A DNA stretch of 64,000 nucleotides from an uncultured Candidatus Saccharibacteria bacterium (GCA_964520645.1 CAZFND010000003.1:881-64880); one strand, 5' to 3'; positions 47,132 through 57,015 are shown, counted from the stretch's first letter. Numbers and translations are program-made. The notes: generated from the sequence alone by a model not told the origin.

Positions 47132-47749
47132 ATGAACATACTTTCAAATGATGCCGAAATAGAATCATTTTTGGATAAGTGTTATCAAGGTGAAATACCA
47201 ATGAAAGGATGGGTACACCCACTTGGATTCATTCACGTGAAAGTTTTACTAAACGGTAATGATGATAATAAGATCCGTTTTAGATTTTGGCCTACCAAAA
47301 TGGATGTGTCGACGCTGGGCGTTACAGACAGAATTCATAATCATGCATTTGATTTCACTAGTTTTATTTTGTGTGGAGATGTAGTAGAAAAGCGTTACGA
47401 CATAATTTTTGATTCATTTGGTACACACAGTATATGGGAGGTTGAAAATCTCGGTGGGAGTTCAACCTTAAGAAAGACCACTGTTAAGTGCATTCTTAAA
47501 GAGAGTGAAAATATTGATCACTCCTCAAGATCTTCTTATAAAATGAAGGCAGGTTTATTCCATGACGCTATAAGTGCAACAGATTGTACCGCAACACTTG
47601 TTTTTGAAACCCCAAGACCAGAAGTAGCTTCACTAGTTATTTGTCCCAATGATGTGGAGAAAATTGGAGATAATAAATGGCCTGAAGTTGCCCAGCAAGA
47701 AATTGTGAATTTAATAGACAAAGTTCTTGAGAAGCGTAGAAATTCCTAA
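47132..47749 (+). CDS. cupin-domain protein (possible thiol-dioxygenase-like)
   Basis: RIHNHAFDF…FILCGD…EK resembles cupin motif 1 (HxH…) and loosely the CDO IHDH…C arrangement; later LFHDAIS. Confidence 0.35.
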   Translation: MNILSNDAEIESFLDKCYQGEIPMKGWVHPLGFIHVKVLLNGNDDNKIRFRFWPTKMDVSTLGVTDRIHNHAFDFTSFILCGDVVEKRYDIIFDSFGTHSIWEVENLGGSSTLRKTTVKCILKESENIDHSSRSSYKMKAGLFHDAISATDCTATLVFETPRPEVASLVICPNDVEKIGDNKWPEVAQQEIVNLIDKVLEKRRNS

Positions 47750-47759
47750 TTATACTTAC

Positions 47760-48266
47760 ATGAACAAAAATGATGAAAAATACATTCTTAAATGTATAGA
47801 ACTTGCAGAAAAATGTACAAAATATGGTGAATTTCCATTTGGTTCAGTTATAGTTTTTAACGATGAGATAGTTGCTGAGCGTCATAATGAATCTCTAAGC
47901 AAAAATGAGGTTTATAGACATGCTGAGATGCTTGCGCTTTTAGACGCTCAAAGCAAGCTTACACCAGAAGAGTTATCTCAGTGCATCATATATAGTAATG
48001 TTGAACCATGCCCAATGTGTTCATTTGCCATTCAAGAGCTTAATATTAGAAAGGTTGTCTTTGGAATGAGATCACCTATTATGGGTGGGTATAGTAAATG
48101 GAAAATCTTGCAAGACGAAGAAATTAACGCTACATTTCCAAATACATTTGGTAATACTCCTGAAATAGTACCTGATGTTTTAACTCATAAAGTAATTGAA
48201 GGCTGGAAAGAATGGAATAAAAAGAAATGGGATAGATTAGTAAAAAACGGCGTATTTAAAGAATAA
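47760..48266 (+). CDS. tadA: CMP/dCMP-type zinc deaminase, TadA-like
   Basis: HAEMLAL … PCPMC zinc-binding motifs; about 170 aa. Start reset to MNKNDE. Confidence 0.55.
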   Translation: MNKNDEKYILKCIELAEKCTKYGEFPFGSVIVFNDEIVAERHNESLSKNEVYRHAEMLALLDAQSKLTPEELSQCIIYSNVEPCPMCSFAIQELNIRKVVFGMRSPIMGGYSKWKILQDEEINATFPNTFGNTPEIVPDVLTHKVIEGWKEWNKKKWDRLVKNGVFKE

Positions 48267-48275
48267 ATTAAACAT

Positions 48276-49505
48276 ATGATTTTTAATATAATAAAGGATT
48301 TACAAGATTTGAATGAGAGTGAATTCGAAGTGGTTGAACGAAAGGGTAGAGGTCATCCTGATACGTTATCTGACAGATTAGCAGAACTGTTGTCTAGAAC
48401 ATATAGCAAATATACTCTTGAGAAATATGGTGCAGTGCTTAGACATCAGTTTGATAAACTTTCATTGATGGGTGGTAAAACTGAAGTTCGATTTGGTGGG
48501 GGTAACTTTCGATCACCCATAAGACTACTTATAAATGGACGAGTTACTTCAAAAATGGGCGATGAGGATCTGTTCTTTAGAGATATGTTAGTGAGTACTG
48601 CAAAGAAATTTCTAGAAGCAGAACTTAGAAATTTTGACTTTACAATTGATTGCAGGGTTATCATGGAGACAACATCAAATCGAACGAGAGGTATGTCAGA
48701 TGATACACGAAAAGGTTCATCTCCTATTAACTTTAGATTTAGCCCACGTTCACTAAATGATATTCCAGAGGCTAAGCGGCCAGTATCAAATGATACTGCT
48801 GTTGGATGTGGATGGGCACCATATACCAGTCTTGAGAGACTGATCCTTGAGGTTGAGAATAGTCTCACATCAGATAGTGCTAGAGAAAAATATCCTTGGT
48901 TAGGCTCTGACGTTAAGATCATGACTTCTAGAATCAAAGATGAAGTTAATTTGACTATTGCGTGCCCCCAAATTTCAACATTAGTATCTTCAGCTGATGA
49001 GTATAAGAAAAATCTTGTTACAATTCGTGAAATTATCGATGGTGTAGTAAAAAAATACTCTGAGTTCAAAACAGTAAATATTAATCTAAACACTGGTGAC
49101 AATCATGATCAAGAAATGTTTTATCTGCTTTATACAGGGTCATGTATTGAATCTGGAGATGAAGGACAGGTAAGTAGAGGAAATCGCCTGGGAGGAGTGA
49201 TTTCATCATGCAGGCCATTTAGTGTTGAGGGGCTTAGTGGTAAAAATCCTTCATACCACGCAGGTAAGATATATTCTGTGGCTGCATTAGATATTGCAAA
49301 TAAAATTTGGGAAGAACAAAACGTCCCAAGTGAAGTGTATATTATAAGTCAGATTGATCGACTATTAGATGATCCATGGGTAGTGGTTATAAATTCTGTT
49401 AAAGAAATTGACATGGCTAAAGCAGAAGAGTCAGCAAGAAGTGTTCTAGGTAATCTTCCTCAGGTTACTCAGAATCTTCTTGATGGAAAATATCCTCTTG
49501 TGTAG
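48276..49505 (+). CDS. S-adenosylmethionine synthetase, archaeal type (MAT, PF01941-like)
   Basis: VVERKGRGHPDTLSDRLAE…LMGGKTEVRFGGGNFRSPIRLLINGRVT and …GDEGQVSRGNRLGGVISSCRPFSVEGLSGKNPSYHAGKIY align closely by eye with the M. jannaschii MAT (IVERKGLGHPDSICD…; [40 protein letters not shown]). Bacterial MetK motifs are absent. Confidence 0.75.
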   Translation: MIFNIIKDLQDLNESEFEVVERKGRGHPDTLSDRLAELLSRTYSKYTLEKYGAVLRHQFDKLSLMGGKTEVRFGGGNFRSPIRLLINGRVTSKMGDEDLFFRDMLVSTAKKFLEAELRNFDFTIDCRVIMETTSNRTRGMSDDTRKGSSPINFRFSPRSLNDIPEAKRPVSNDTAVGCGWAPYTSLERLILEVENSLTSDSAREKYPWLGSDVKIMTSRIKDEVNLTIACPQISTLVSSADEYKKNLVTIREIIDGVVKKYSEFKTVNINLNTGDNHDQEMFYLLYTGSCIESGDEGQVSRGNRLGGVISSCRPFSVEGLSGKNPSYHAGKIYSVAALDIANKIWEEQNVPSEVYIISQIDRLLDDPWVVVINSVKEIDMAKAEESARSVLGNLPQVTQNLLDGKYPLV

Positions 49506-49517
49506 TATCTACCATTT

Positions 49518-51314
49518 ATGGATAGCCGAAAAGAAATACTGCTAGATGTTCTTAGAAATCATATAACTTACATTCAAGGTAAGGTTAATGAATCGATAAC
49601 TGAAGTAACAATTCAAAATTCAAAGGGTGCAAAGGAAGCTCGGTCTTTACGTCGTGAAGATCAAGTTGTTTTTTGGAATATTAAAGCCCAATATGAAAAG
49701 AGGTTAGAAGAACTCGCAGAGCTATATAAAGCACCTTACTTTGTGAAGTGTGAACTTAGGTATGACAATGAAACAGAAAGTGTAACGTATCATTTTGCAA
49801 AATTTCAATTTTCCCAGGAATCAATATATTCTTGGGTCGCGCCTATTTCATCAGTTCGATTTGAAAAGCCAGGTAAGGTTTCGTATATCGTACCAAGCGG
49901 GGAAGTTAGGACTGCCACTCTTATAGCTAAAGAACAATATATGATTCTTGATGGCAAAGTAATGTTCTTTACCAGAGAGACAATAGATTCTCCACGAGAT
50001 CTTATTTATCAAGAACACTTTGCAACCAGAAAAGCTGGTTTTGTTTTGCCTGAGATCGTAGCTCAAATGGAAAAAGCTCAGGATCAAGTCATTAGAACCC
50101 ATTATAAGGGTCCTTTAGTTATTTCTGGACCAGCAGGATCAGGAAAAACAACGTTAGCTTTCCACAGAATCGCTTATTTAGTACAAGCTCCTGATACTGC
50201 TCTGCTTTTTCCAAGTAGGTCAATTGCTATTTTTGTCCAAGATGATGGGACTAAGGAATATTTTTCACAGCTGCTTCCAGAACTCGGCATTAAGAATGTG
50301 AGAATTACTACGTTCTCAGAATGGGCATTTAAAATATTAGGTATTAAAGAAGATTTTACTCATGTGACTAGGTATCTTTCTCAAAATGAAGAAGAAGATG
50401 ATATTTACGAATATGAAAAACTTAAGATATTAAGAACGGAGGAAATAATAGAATTTAACTCACGCCCCTTTGCGACACTTGATACGGTGTTTTCTAAGTG
50501 TTTATCAGGTTCAAGTTATAAGGTGTTTTTAAGACAAAAAAAAGAGAAGGTATTAGATAGAATCGATTTAACTATATTGTTAAAAGCTTATAATCAAAAG
50601 CGAGGCAAACTGAAATTCCACAAGGATAAAGATGAAATATTGTACCCACTTATTCTTGTAGATGAATTTCAGAACTATTTGCCAGAGCAACTCCAAATTT
50701 TTAAGAGTTGTCTTGATACAAAGACTAACTCTATGTTGTATGTGGGGGATCTGGCTCAACAAATTAACCTTGGTACGATAAAGTCGTGGCAAGATATATC
50801 AGAAGAGATTGCTGATGAAAGAAGTATTTCACTTAAAAAAGTATATCGAAATACAAAAAATATCCTTTCGTATATTAATAGCTTAGGATATGCCGTATCT
50901 ATTCCAGAAGGTATACGAGAGGGTGATGATGTTAAAGAGGAAATCATAGACTCCATTGAGAGTGAAATTGAATATATAAAAAATGTTATTAAAGTTGATC
51001 AGAATAGAACTATAGGAATCATTACTAAAAATAAGCACTATCTAAAGAAGTTTGAAGTTGAATTTTCAAAAAATCCAAACATCCATTTACTTACCATGAG
51101 CCAATCTCAGGGAGTGGAATTTGATGTCGTATGCATTGTTGGGATCAATCAAGAGACTTTTAATGTCGAACATAATAAAAGCATATCGATAGAACATTAT
51201 GAGGAGAGAAAGCGAATTCAGAAGGATTTATTGTATGTTGCCTTAACTCGTGCTATATCTGAATTGTATATACTAGGCACGCATAAGTTAAAAGAAATGA
51301 TACTATATAGATAA
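49518..51314 (+). CDS. SF1 UvrD-like DNA helicase with ~190-aa N-terminal extension (HelD-like)
   Basis: Walker A GPAGSGKTT, Walker B/motif II LILVDEFQNY, motif VI LYVALTRA. Confidence 0.7.
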   Translation: MDSRKEILLDVLRNHITYIQGKVNESITEVTIQNSKGAKEARSLRREDQVVFWNIKAQYEKRLEELAELYKAPYFVKCELRYDNETESVTYHFAKFQFSQESIYSWVAPISSVRFEKPGKVSYIVPSGEVRTATLIAKEQYMILDGKVMFFTRETIDSPRDLIYQEHFATRKAGFVLPEIVAQMEKAQDQVIRTHYKGPLVISGPAGSGKTTLAFHRIAYLVQAPDTALLFPSRSIAIFVQDDGTKEYFSQLLPELGIKNVRITTFSEWAFKILGIKEDFTHVTRYLSQNEEEDDIYEYEKLKILRTEEIIEFNSRPFATLDTVFSKCLSGSSYKVFLRQKKEKVLDRIDLTILLKAYNQKRGKLKFHKDKDEILYPLILVDEFQNYLPEQLQIFKSCLDTKTNSMLYVGDLAQQINLGTIKSWQDISEEIADERSISLKKVYRNTKNILSYINSLGYAVSIPEGIREGDDVKEEIIDSIESEIEYIKNVIKVDQNRTIGIITKNKHYLKKFEVEFSKNPNIHLLTMSQSQGVEFDVVCIVGINQETFNVEHNKSISIEHYEERKRIQKDLLYVALTRAISELYILGTHKLKEMILYR

Positions 51315-51357
51315 GTAGTAGTAATATAGTAAGGTTCATTTGTAAAATATTAAAAAT

Positions 51358-51762
51358 ATGAAATGTTTGTTTTGTGACATTATAAATAATAAAGTGCCTG
51401 CTGCTAAAATCTGGGAAGATGAAAATTTTCTAGCTTTTTTAGATATTAATCCTATTAATCCTGGTCACACACTTTTAATTCCTAAAACACATGTAGAGGA
51501 TGTTTTTGAACTATCTGATGATTCTTTTCAACATCTCTTTTTAACTGCAAAAAATATTGCTCCAATTTTACAAAAAGCTACATCTGCAAAAAGAATGGGT
51601 ATTGCAGTTGAAGGTTTTGGAGTGCCGCATGTACATATTCATCTTGTTCCAGTAAATAATGGAAATGAATTAAATCCTGAAAGAGCAAAGAAGTCTACGG
51701 AGTCAGAATTACAGAAAATGAAAATTCGTTTTGAGGAAGCTATGAAAACGCAGATAAGCTAA
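51358..51762 (+). CDS. HIT family hydrolase
   Basis: Histidine triad HVHIHLVP; INPGHTLLIPK. Confidence 0.8.
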   Translation: MKCLFCDIINNKVPAAKIWEDENFLAFLDINPINPGHTLLIPKTHVEDVFELSDDSFQHLFLTAKNIAPILQKATSAKRMGIAVEGFGVPHVHIHLVPVNNGNELNPERAKKSTESELQKMKIRFEEAMKTQIS

Positions 51763-51859
51763 ATCGGTAGTCTAATGAATGAAATACTTCAAGGAAAACT
51801 TGCAGCACACAAACGATAAGAAGTACTTTCTTAAACGTTCTATTTAAAGCAATATAATA

Positions 51860-52360
51860 ATGCAACTAAAATCTACCCATACTGATCGTTTAGGAAGAAG
51901 TCTGAATGTAGCTTATTCAGAAAGTGATCCTCTAAATGATCTTGAAGATAAGATCCTTAATGTTGTCCATGCATTTTGTTTTTATAAAGACCAAATGGTA
52001 TTGGTACTTCATCCTAAAAGTGGATGGATGCCGCCAGGAGGATCTATAGAATCTGGTGAAACATATGAAGAGGCCGTTATACGAGAAGTTAAAGAAGAGA
52101 CCAATATGAAAGTTATTACTCAAAAGCTCATTGGTTTTCAAGATGTTTATGAACCAGACAGAATCGTACGACAAACACGAAGTTTTTGTATTGTTGAAAA
52201 GTATGGAGAATTTGTATCAGATCCTGATGGTGAAATTATGGAAATTAAACTCATTGATCCAAAAGATTATAAGAAATATTTTGATTGGGGAGAAATTGGA
52301 GATAGAATTATGAATAGGGCAATAGAGTTTAAAACTCAATATAATTCTGATAAAAAATAA
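51860..52360 (+). CDS. NUDIX hydrolase
   Basis: Nudix box GGSIESGETYEEAVIREVKEETN. Confidence 0.8.
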   Translation: MQLKSTHTDRLGRSLNVAYSESDPLNDLEDKILNVVHAFCFYKDQMVLVLHPKSGWMPPGGSIESGETYEEAVIREVKEETNMKVITQKLIGFQDVYEPDRIVRQTRSFCIVEKYGEFVSDPDGEIMEIKLIDPKDYKKYFDWGEIGDRIMNRAIEFKTQYNSDKK

Positions 52361-52406
52361 CATATGCAGAAAATTAGGGTCAGGTATCTTTAACATTATA
52401 AAATAT

Positions 52407-52850
52407 ATGGAACGAAAAATTAGTCCCGGCGTTGGTGCATTCATTATTTATAACAATACATTTTTGTTACAGCTTCGTGATAACAAACCAGACATTTCTA
52501 ATCCCAACCGCTGGGGATCTGTCGGTGGTGGTATTGAGGGAAATGAAGTGCCGCTTGAAGCCATGAAACGTGAATGCAGAGAAGAAATTGGTTTTATACC
52601 AAATGATATTCGTTATGTGGGTCGTAACCTTGATAGTAAATATCGTTATTGTATCTATCTTTCTGAAGAAGAAGTTTCGCATATTGTACGTGGAGAAGGA
52701 CAAGAACTTAAATTTTTTACATTAGATGAAATTCCTTTAGAGCGTTGTACACCCATTGCTCAATTATTTTTTACTAAGTATCGACAGGTAACTGAAAAGT
52801 TATTACAAGGTATTAGTATAGAACCTGAAGAATTGGATTTAATAAAATAG
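52407..52850 (+). CDS. NUDIX hydrolase (second paralog)
   Basis: Nudix box GGGIEGNEVPLEAMKRECREEIGF. Confidence 0.8.
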   Translation: MERKISPGVGAFIIYNNTFLLQLRDNKPDISNPNRWGSVGGGIEGNEVPLEAMKRECREEIGFIPNDIRYVGRNLDSKYRYCIYLSEEEVSHIVRGEGQELKFFTLDEIPLERCTPIAQLFFTKYRQVTEKLLQGISIEPEELDLIK

Positions 52851-52914
52851 ATCTTGCTTTAGATAGGTTGTACTGACATAGACGCCTGCATTCTATGATG
52901 CTATATTTTGATAT

Positions 52915-53367
52915 ATGCAAAAAATTCATTTTTCTATACAAATAAATGCTCCACGGGAAAAGGTGTGGGATGTGATGTTGAGTGACAAGACCTATCGAGA
53001 ATGGACAAGTGCCTTTAATCCTGGAGGATACTATAAAGGTGATTGGAATGAGGGATCAAAGATTTTATTCGTTGGGCAAGATCCTAAAACAGGATTGGAG
53101 GGCGGTATGGTGAGTCGAATCAAAGAAAGCCGAAAGCCTGAGTTTGTTTCTATTCAACATCTTGGTATCGTAAATAACGGCGTTGAGGATACAACCAGCG
53201 AGCAGGCTAAGAAATGGACGCCTGCATTTGAAAATTATACATTTACAGAAAAAGACGGTGCGACTCAACTTGATGTTGATGTGGATACCGTAGATGAAAT
53301 GAAGGAGGAATTTGAAGGCATGTGGCCTAAGGCGCTTGAATCACTCAAAGAGATTGCTGAGAGATAG
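52915..53367 (+). CDS. SRPBCC superfamily protein (AHSA1/START-like)
   Basis: INAPREKVWDVM… typical N-terminus of the Aha1-domain/polyketide-cyclase-like fold. Confidence 0.55.
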   Translation: MQKIHFSIQINAPREKVWDVMLSDKTYREWTSAFNPGGYYKGDWNEGSKILFVGQDPKTGLEGGMVSRIKESRKPEFVSIQHLGIVNNGVEDTTSEQAKKWTPAFENYTFTEKDGATQLDVDVDTVDEMKEEFEGMWPKALESLKEIAER

Positions 53368-53379
53368 TAAATAACATCT

Positions 53380-53814
53380 ATGGCCGAACTAAAGACAAAA
53401 GTTAATACAGCGAGTGTTGAGAAATTTTTGAATACAATCAAAGATGAGGAGAAACGCAGCGATTGTTTTGCAATTTCTAGTATGATGGAGAAGGCGACAA
53501 AGTCTAAGCCAGAAATGTGGGGCGCATCTATTGTTGGCTTTGGTCGCAGAAAGTATACGTATGCAAATGGTAAAGAAGGAGAGTGGATGGTAATAGGCTT
53601 TGCTCCTCGTAAACAAAATATTGCTCTCTATGGATTAAAAGTTTTTACTATGACTCACGGGGGTTTGAAAGAAAATAAAGGCGAAAACGATTTTCTTCTA
53701 AAATTAGGTAAATATAAAGAAGGAGGAGGATGTCTCTATATCAACAAACTTTCTGATATTAATACAAAAGAGCTTGAGAAAATTATTAAGCTTGCGGTGA
53801 GTAGGAAGAAATAA
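53380..53814 (+). CDS. DUF1801 (YdhG-like) domain protein
   Basis: SVEKFL…EEKRSD…PEMWGASIVGFGRRKYTYANG…GFAPRKQNIALY pattern. Confidence 0.5.
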   Translation: MAELKTKVNTASVEKFLNTIKDEEKRSDCFAISSMMEKATKSKPEMWGASIVGFGRRKYTYANGKEGEWMVIGFAPRKQNIALYGLKVFTMTHGGLKENKGENDFLLKLGKYKEGGGCLYINKLSDINTKELEKIIKLAVSRKK

Positions 53815-53844
53815 GAAGTTCAATTTTATATTTATTAGCGTATA

Positions 53845-54234
53845 ATGCTAGCTATGTATATTTATTTTGCTACCCTAATTATTTTTTCTATTATTGATGG
53901 TACATGGCTCTATTTTATGGGCGCACAGTATAAGATATGGCTCAGCACGTTATTTGCTCCTCAATTCAACCTCGTGCCAGCAATCCTGTTTTATTTTCTG
54001 TACAGTGCCGGTTTGCTTTTCTTTGTAATTAATCCATCTCTCAGAAATCATACTTCACTTATATCAGTGTTTCTTGCTGGAGCATTCTTAGGCTTGTGCG
54101 CATATGGTACATACGATCTTACAAATCAATCAGTACTTCGAGACTGGCCATTAATTGTTACCGTGATTGATATCGCCTGGGGAGCATTTGCTACTGGAGT
54201 AGCATGTAGTATTGTCGTTTCGATTTTTAAATAA
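53845..54234 (+). CDS. small integral membrane protein (DUF2177-like)
   Basis: Four predicted TM helices; no soluble domain. Confidence 0.35.
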   Translation: MLAMYIYFATLIIFSIIDGTWLYFMGAQYKIWLSTLFAPQFNLVPAILFYFLYSAGLLFFVINPSLRNHTSLISVFLAGAFLGLCAYGTYDLTNQSVLRDWPLIVTVIDIAWGAFATGVACSIVVSIFK

Positions 54235-54235
54235 T

Positions 54236-54709
54236 ATGAAGAGTTCTTCTATGCTAAAAATTCTTCCCCCAATATGGTTTTTCATATTTCTTTTATTAGC
54301 TTTAGCACTGCACTTTTTTGTTACGGCAGCGCATGTGTTTAATCTTTCTGGATTCATACTATATAAGATAATTGGAATTGTAATTTTCATAGTTGGAATG
54401 GGACTCAGTCTTCAGGCAAGTAAACAGTTTAAAGAAGAAAATACAGAGATAATTCCCACATCACCAACTAACAGAGTTCTTATCATTAAAGGTGCATTTA
54501 AGTATTCACGTAATCCTATGTATCTTGGAATGGTACTGTCATTAATAGGTATTGGATTATTTGTAGGAACACTTCCTGTACTTGTTGCTGCTCTTGCACA
54601 ATTTGTAGTTCTAAACTTTTTCTTTATTCCTTTTGAAGAAGAAAAAATGGCACGACAATTTGGAGATACATATACTGCATACAAATCGTCAGTGAGAAGA
54701 TGGATATAG
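54236..54709 (+). CDS. isoprenylcysteine carboxyl methyltransferase / phospholipid methyltransferase family
   Basis: FKYSRNPMYLGMV (RNPMY motif) in a multi-TM protein. Confidence 0.65.
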   Translation: MKSSSMLKILPPIWFFIFLLLALALHFFVTAAHVFNLSGFILYKIIGIVIFIVGMGLSLQASKQFKEENTEIIPTSPTNRVLIIKGAFKYSRNPMYLGMVLSLIGIGLFVGTLPVLVAALAQFVVLNFFFIPFEEEKMARQFGDTYTAYKSSVRRWI

Positions 54710-54765
54710 ATAAAGGAAACACAAGAACTTTTTATAGATTTGATTTACTGAGTGATATCAGCTAA

Positions 54766-54936
54766 TTACCAACGATGAAGGCGGAAACCAATTAAAATTC
54801 CAATAAAACCCCCAAGAATAGCAAGAATAATTGATGGGCGTGAAAAAAATGGTGCCCCCCATAATAATGGGATAGTTGCTCCTATAACAGCACCAATCCA
54901 CAAACAAAATGGAATCATTGATTTTGTATAGTCCAT
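54766..54936 (-). CDS. small membrane protein (56 aa, hypothetical)
   Basis: Minus-strand ORF MDYTKSMIPFCLWIGAVIGATIPLLWGAPFFSRPSIILAILGGFIGILIGFRLHRW with two hydrophobic helices. Below the track cut-off. Confidence 0.25.
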   Translation of the reverse strand: MDYTKSMIPFCLWIGAVIGATIPLLWGAPFFSRPSIILAILGGFIGILIGFRLHRW

Positions 54937-55039
54937 AATGATTATTTTAAGAGAATATTTCAGTTTTGTCTAATATGAATAAAGCTGGATCAGACCAATC
55001 CCTTGATTTTTCTATAAAACGTGATATGGTTGGTGAACT

Positions 55040-55402
55040 ATGACAAATTACAGCCAACGTTCTAAATCAGGAAAATCTAGTTTTAAGCGTGATGAAGGAA
55101 GAGATTATGGACGAAATAATGAGATCCATACTACTAAATGTGCTGATTGTGGAAAATCATGCCAGGTTCCCTTTAAGCCAAATGGAAAGAAACCAGTATA
55201 TTGTAATGATTGTTTTGCAAAAAATGGTGGACAAGGTACACCTCGTACATACTCTGCAAAACCTGAACGATCTTCATACAGTCCTACATCCCAGCCACAC
55301 AATGATTCAAAGAAATTTGATCAAATGTCTACTCAGCTAAAAGCATTGAATGAAAAGTTCGATAAAGTTATTGCGTTATTGGAACAGCAGATTTCTAAAT
55401 AG
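55040..55402 (+). CDS. CxxC-x(n)-CxxC zinc-ribbon protein
   Basis: CADCGKSC…PVYCNDCF zinc ribbon, basic N-terminus, C-terminal helix. Confidence 0.45.
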   Translation: MTNYSQRSKSGKSSFKRDEGRDYGRNNEIHTTKCADCGKSCQVPFKPNGKKPVYCNDCFAKNGGQGTPRTYSAKPERSSYSPTSQPHNDSKKFDQMSTQLKALNEKFDKVIALLEQQISK

Positions 55403-55463
55403 ATATTCAACCGTTTTTGTGTTGGATATACAATACTACCGCTATTTATTGCTTTAAAAATAG

Positions 55464-55946
55464 GTGTATACTATATATATGAATACACAGATCAAAAAAG
55501 AAGCGTTGGATTTTCTTATGTCTCAGAAAGTAGGTGTTCTTGCCACAGTTGTTGATGGACAGCCTCAGGCTTCATATATTTATTACATTGTCGATGAAGA
55601 TTTCAGTGTCTATTTTGCGACGGTGGTAAATAGTCGAAAGCATGACAACATTCAATCAAATAGTAAGGTTGCATTCACGGTGGGTACAATAAAGCCTCCT
55701 TTTACCGTACAACTTGAAGGAGTTGCCGAAGTTGTCGTTGATGAAAATACTATAAAAGCTGTTACCGCAAATTATTATGATATTGCGACAGAAAATAATC
55801 ATTATCCTGTACCTATAACAAAGCTTGATGTCAGAAATGGCTTGGTGGTATATAAAATAAAACCAATATGGCTGCGTTTCTCAGATTTTACTAATAGAAA
55901 AAATAAGGGAGATCACGGTATTTCTGAAGTCCTTATAGGAAATTAA
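55464..55946 (+). CDS. pyridoxamine-5'-phosphate-oxidase-like FMN-binding protein
   Basis: EALDFLMSQKVGVLATV…YFAT pattern of a PNPOx-like split barrel. Confidence 0.55.
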   Translation: MYTIYMNTQIKKEALDFLMSQKVGVLATVVDGQPQASYIYYIVDEDFSVYFATVVNSRKHDNIQSNSKVAFTVGTIKPPFTVQLEGVAEVVVDENTIKAVTANYYDIATENNHYPVPITKLDVRNGLVVYKIKPIWLRFSDFTNRKNKGDHGISEVLIGN

Positions 55947-55955
55947 TTCACAATT

Positions 55956-56438
55956 ATGACAAACAACGAACAAGCAAAAAAAGATGCAGTTTCATTTTTA
56001 AGAGAAAATGTAACAGCAGTAGTAGCGACTTCATTCAATGATGAACCACGTGCTTCGACTATTTACTATTACATGGACGATGCTTTCAATTTTTATTTTA
56101 TTACAAAAAGAAATACAAGTAAGTACATAAATATTGAAATGAATCCTCGAGCTGCACTTGTGATAGGTATGGGGCCAGAACATATTACAGTACAAGCACG
56201 TGGTAAAGCCGAGCTTATTACCGATGATCAAGAACGAGAAAAAATAGTGAACAGTCTTATGGAGATTCATGCGCGTGAACACATAAAAACATGGCCTATC
56301 GAAGAATTGGAGAAATTTAAAGACAGAAATAGGGTTGTGTTTAAGATTAGTCCTACACAGGTATTGTTTATGAATCTTGATAGTACTGCATATCCCAATT
56401 CGATAAGTGATGAATATGTAGAAGTGTTTTCACAGTAA
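55956..56438 (+). CDS. pyridoxamine-5'-phosphate-oxidase-like FMN-binding protein (tandem paralog)
   Basis: Same architecture (DAVSFLRENVTAVVAT…YFIT). Tandem duplicate of the upstream gene. Confidence 0.55.
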   Translation: MTNNEQAKKDAVSFLRENVTAVVATSFNDEPRASTIYYYMDDAFNFYFITKRNTSKYINIEMNPRAALVIGMGPEHITVQARGKAELITDDQEREKIVNSLMEIHAREHIKTWPIEELEKFKDRNRVVFKISPTQVLFMNLDSTAYPNSISDEYVEVFSQ

Positions 56439-56472
56439 GTAATATAATAGATTATTAATATAATTAATTTTT

Positions 56473-57015
56473 ATGTCACACGTTATTGTAGAAGAATCAC
56501 CAGTTTCAAAATTTCTTTTTTCAAATACTAAAATGTCATGGTTTTGGCTTGTTGTACGTCTCTATGTTGGATGGCAATGGCTCGAAGCTGGATGGGCAAA
56601 AATTAATAGTGATGCTTGGGTAGGACAAAATGCAGGAAGTGCACTTACTGGTTTCCTTAAAGCAGCACTTACTAAGACAGGAGGTGCGCATCCTGATGTG
56701 CAGGGATGGTATGCAGTTTTTCTAAAAACTGTTGTATTACCACATGCGAGTGCTTGGGCATTTACTGTAGCGTGGGGAGAAGTCTTAGTGGGTGTGGCGC
56801 TTATTCTGGGAGCATTTGTTGGAGTAGCTGCATTTTTTGGTTTGTTTATGAATCTCAATTATTTACTCGCAGGTACCGTAAGTACAAATCCAATTTTGTT
56901 CACACTCGGTATAGGCTTGATTCTCGCATGGAAGAGTGCGGGATACTATGGTGTTGATCGATATTTGTTGCCATTACTAGGTACTCCATGGCAAAAAGTA
57001 AGAGTGGAAAAATAG
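56473..57015 (+). CDS. DoxX/DoxD-like membrane protein
   Basis: WLVVRLYVGWQWLEAGWAKI and four TM helices typical of DoxX. Confidence 0.55.
   Translation: MSHVIVEESPVSKFLFSNTKMSWFWLVVRLYVGWQWLEAGWAKINSDAWVGQNAGSALTGFLKAALTKTGGAHPDVQGWYAVFLKTVVLPHASAWAFTVAWGEVLVGVALILGAFVGVAAFFGLFMNLNYLLAGTVSTNPILFTLGIGLILAWKSAGYYGVDRYLLPLLGTPWQKVRVEK

Noticed and set aside
47132-47749. Assigning the cupin as cysteine dioxygenase
   Set aside because: Only a loose IHNH…C…EK resemblance; the Cys is mis-spaced relative to the CDO Cys-Tyr cofactor. Kept as a generic cupin.
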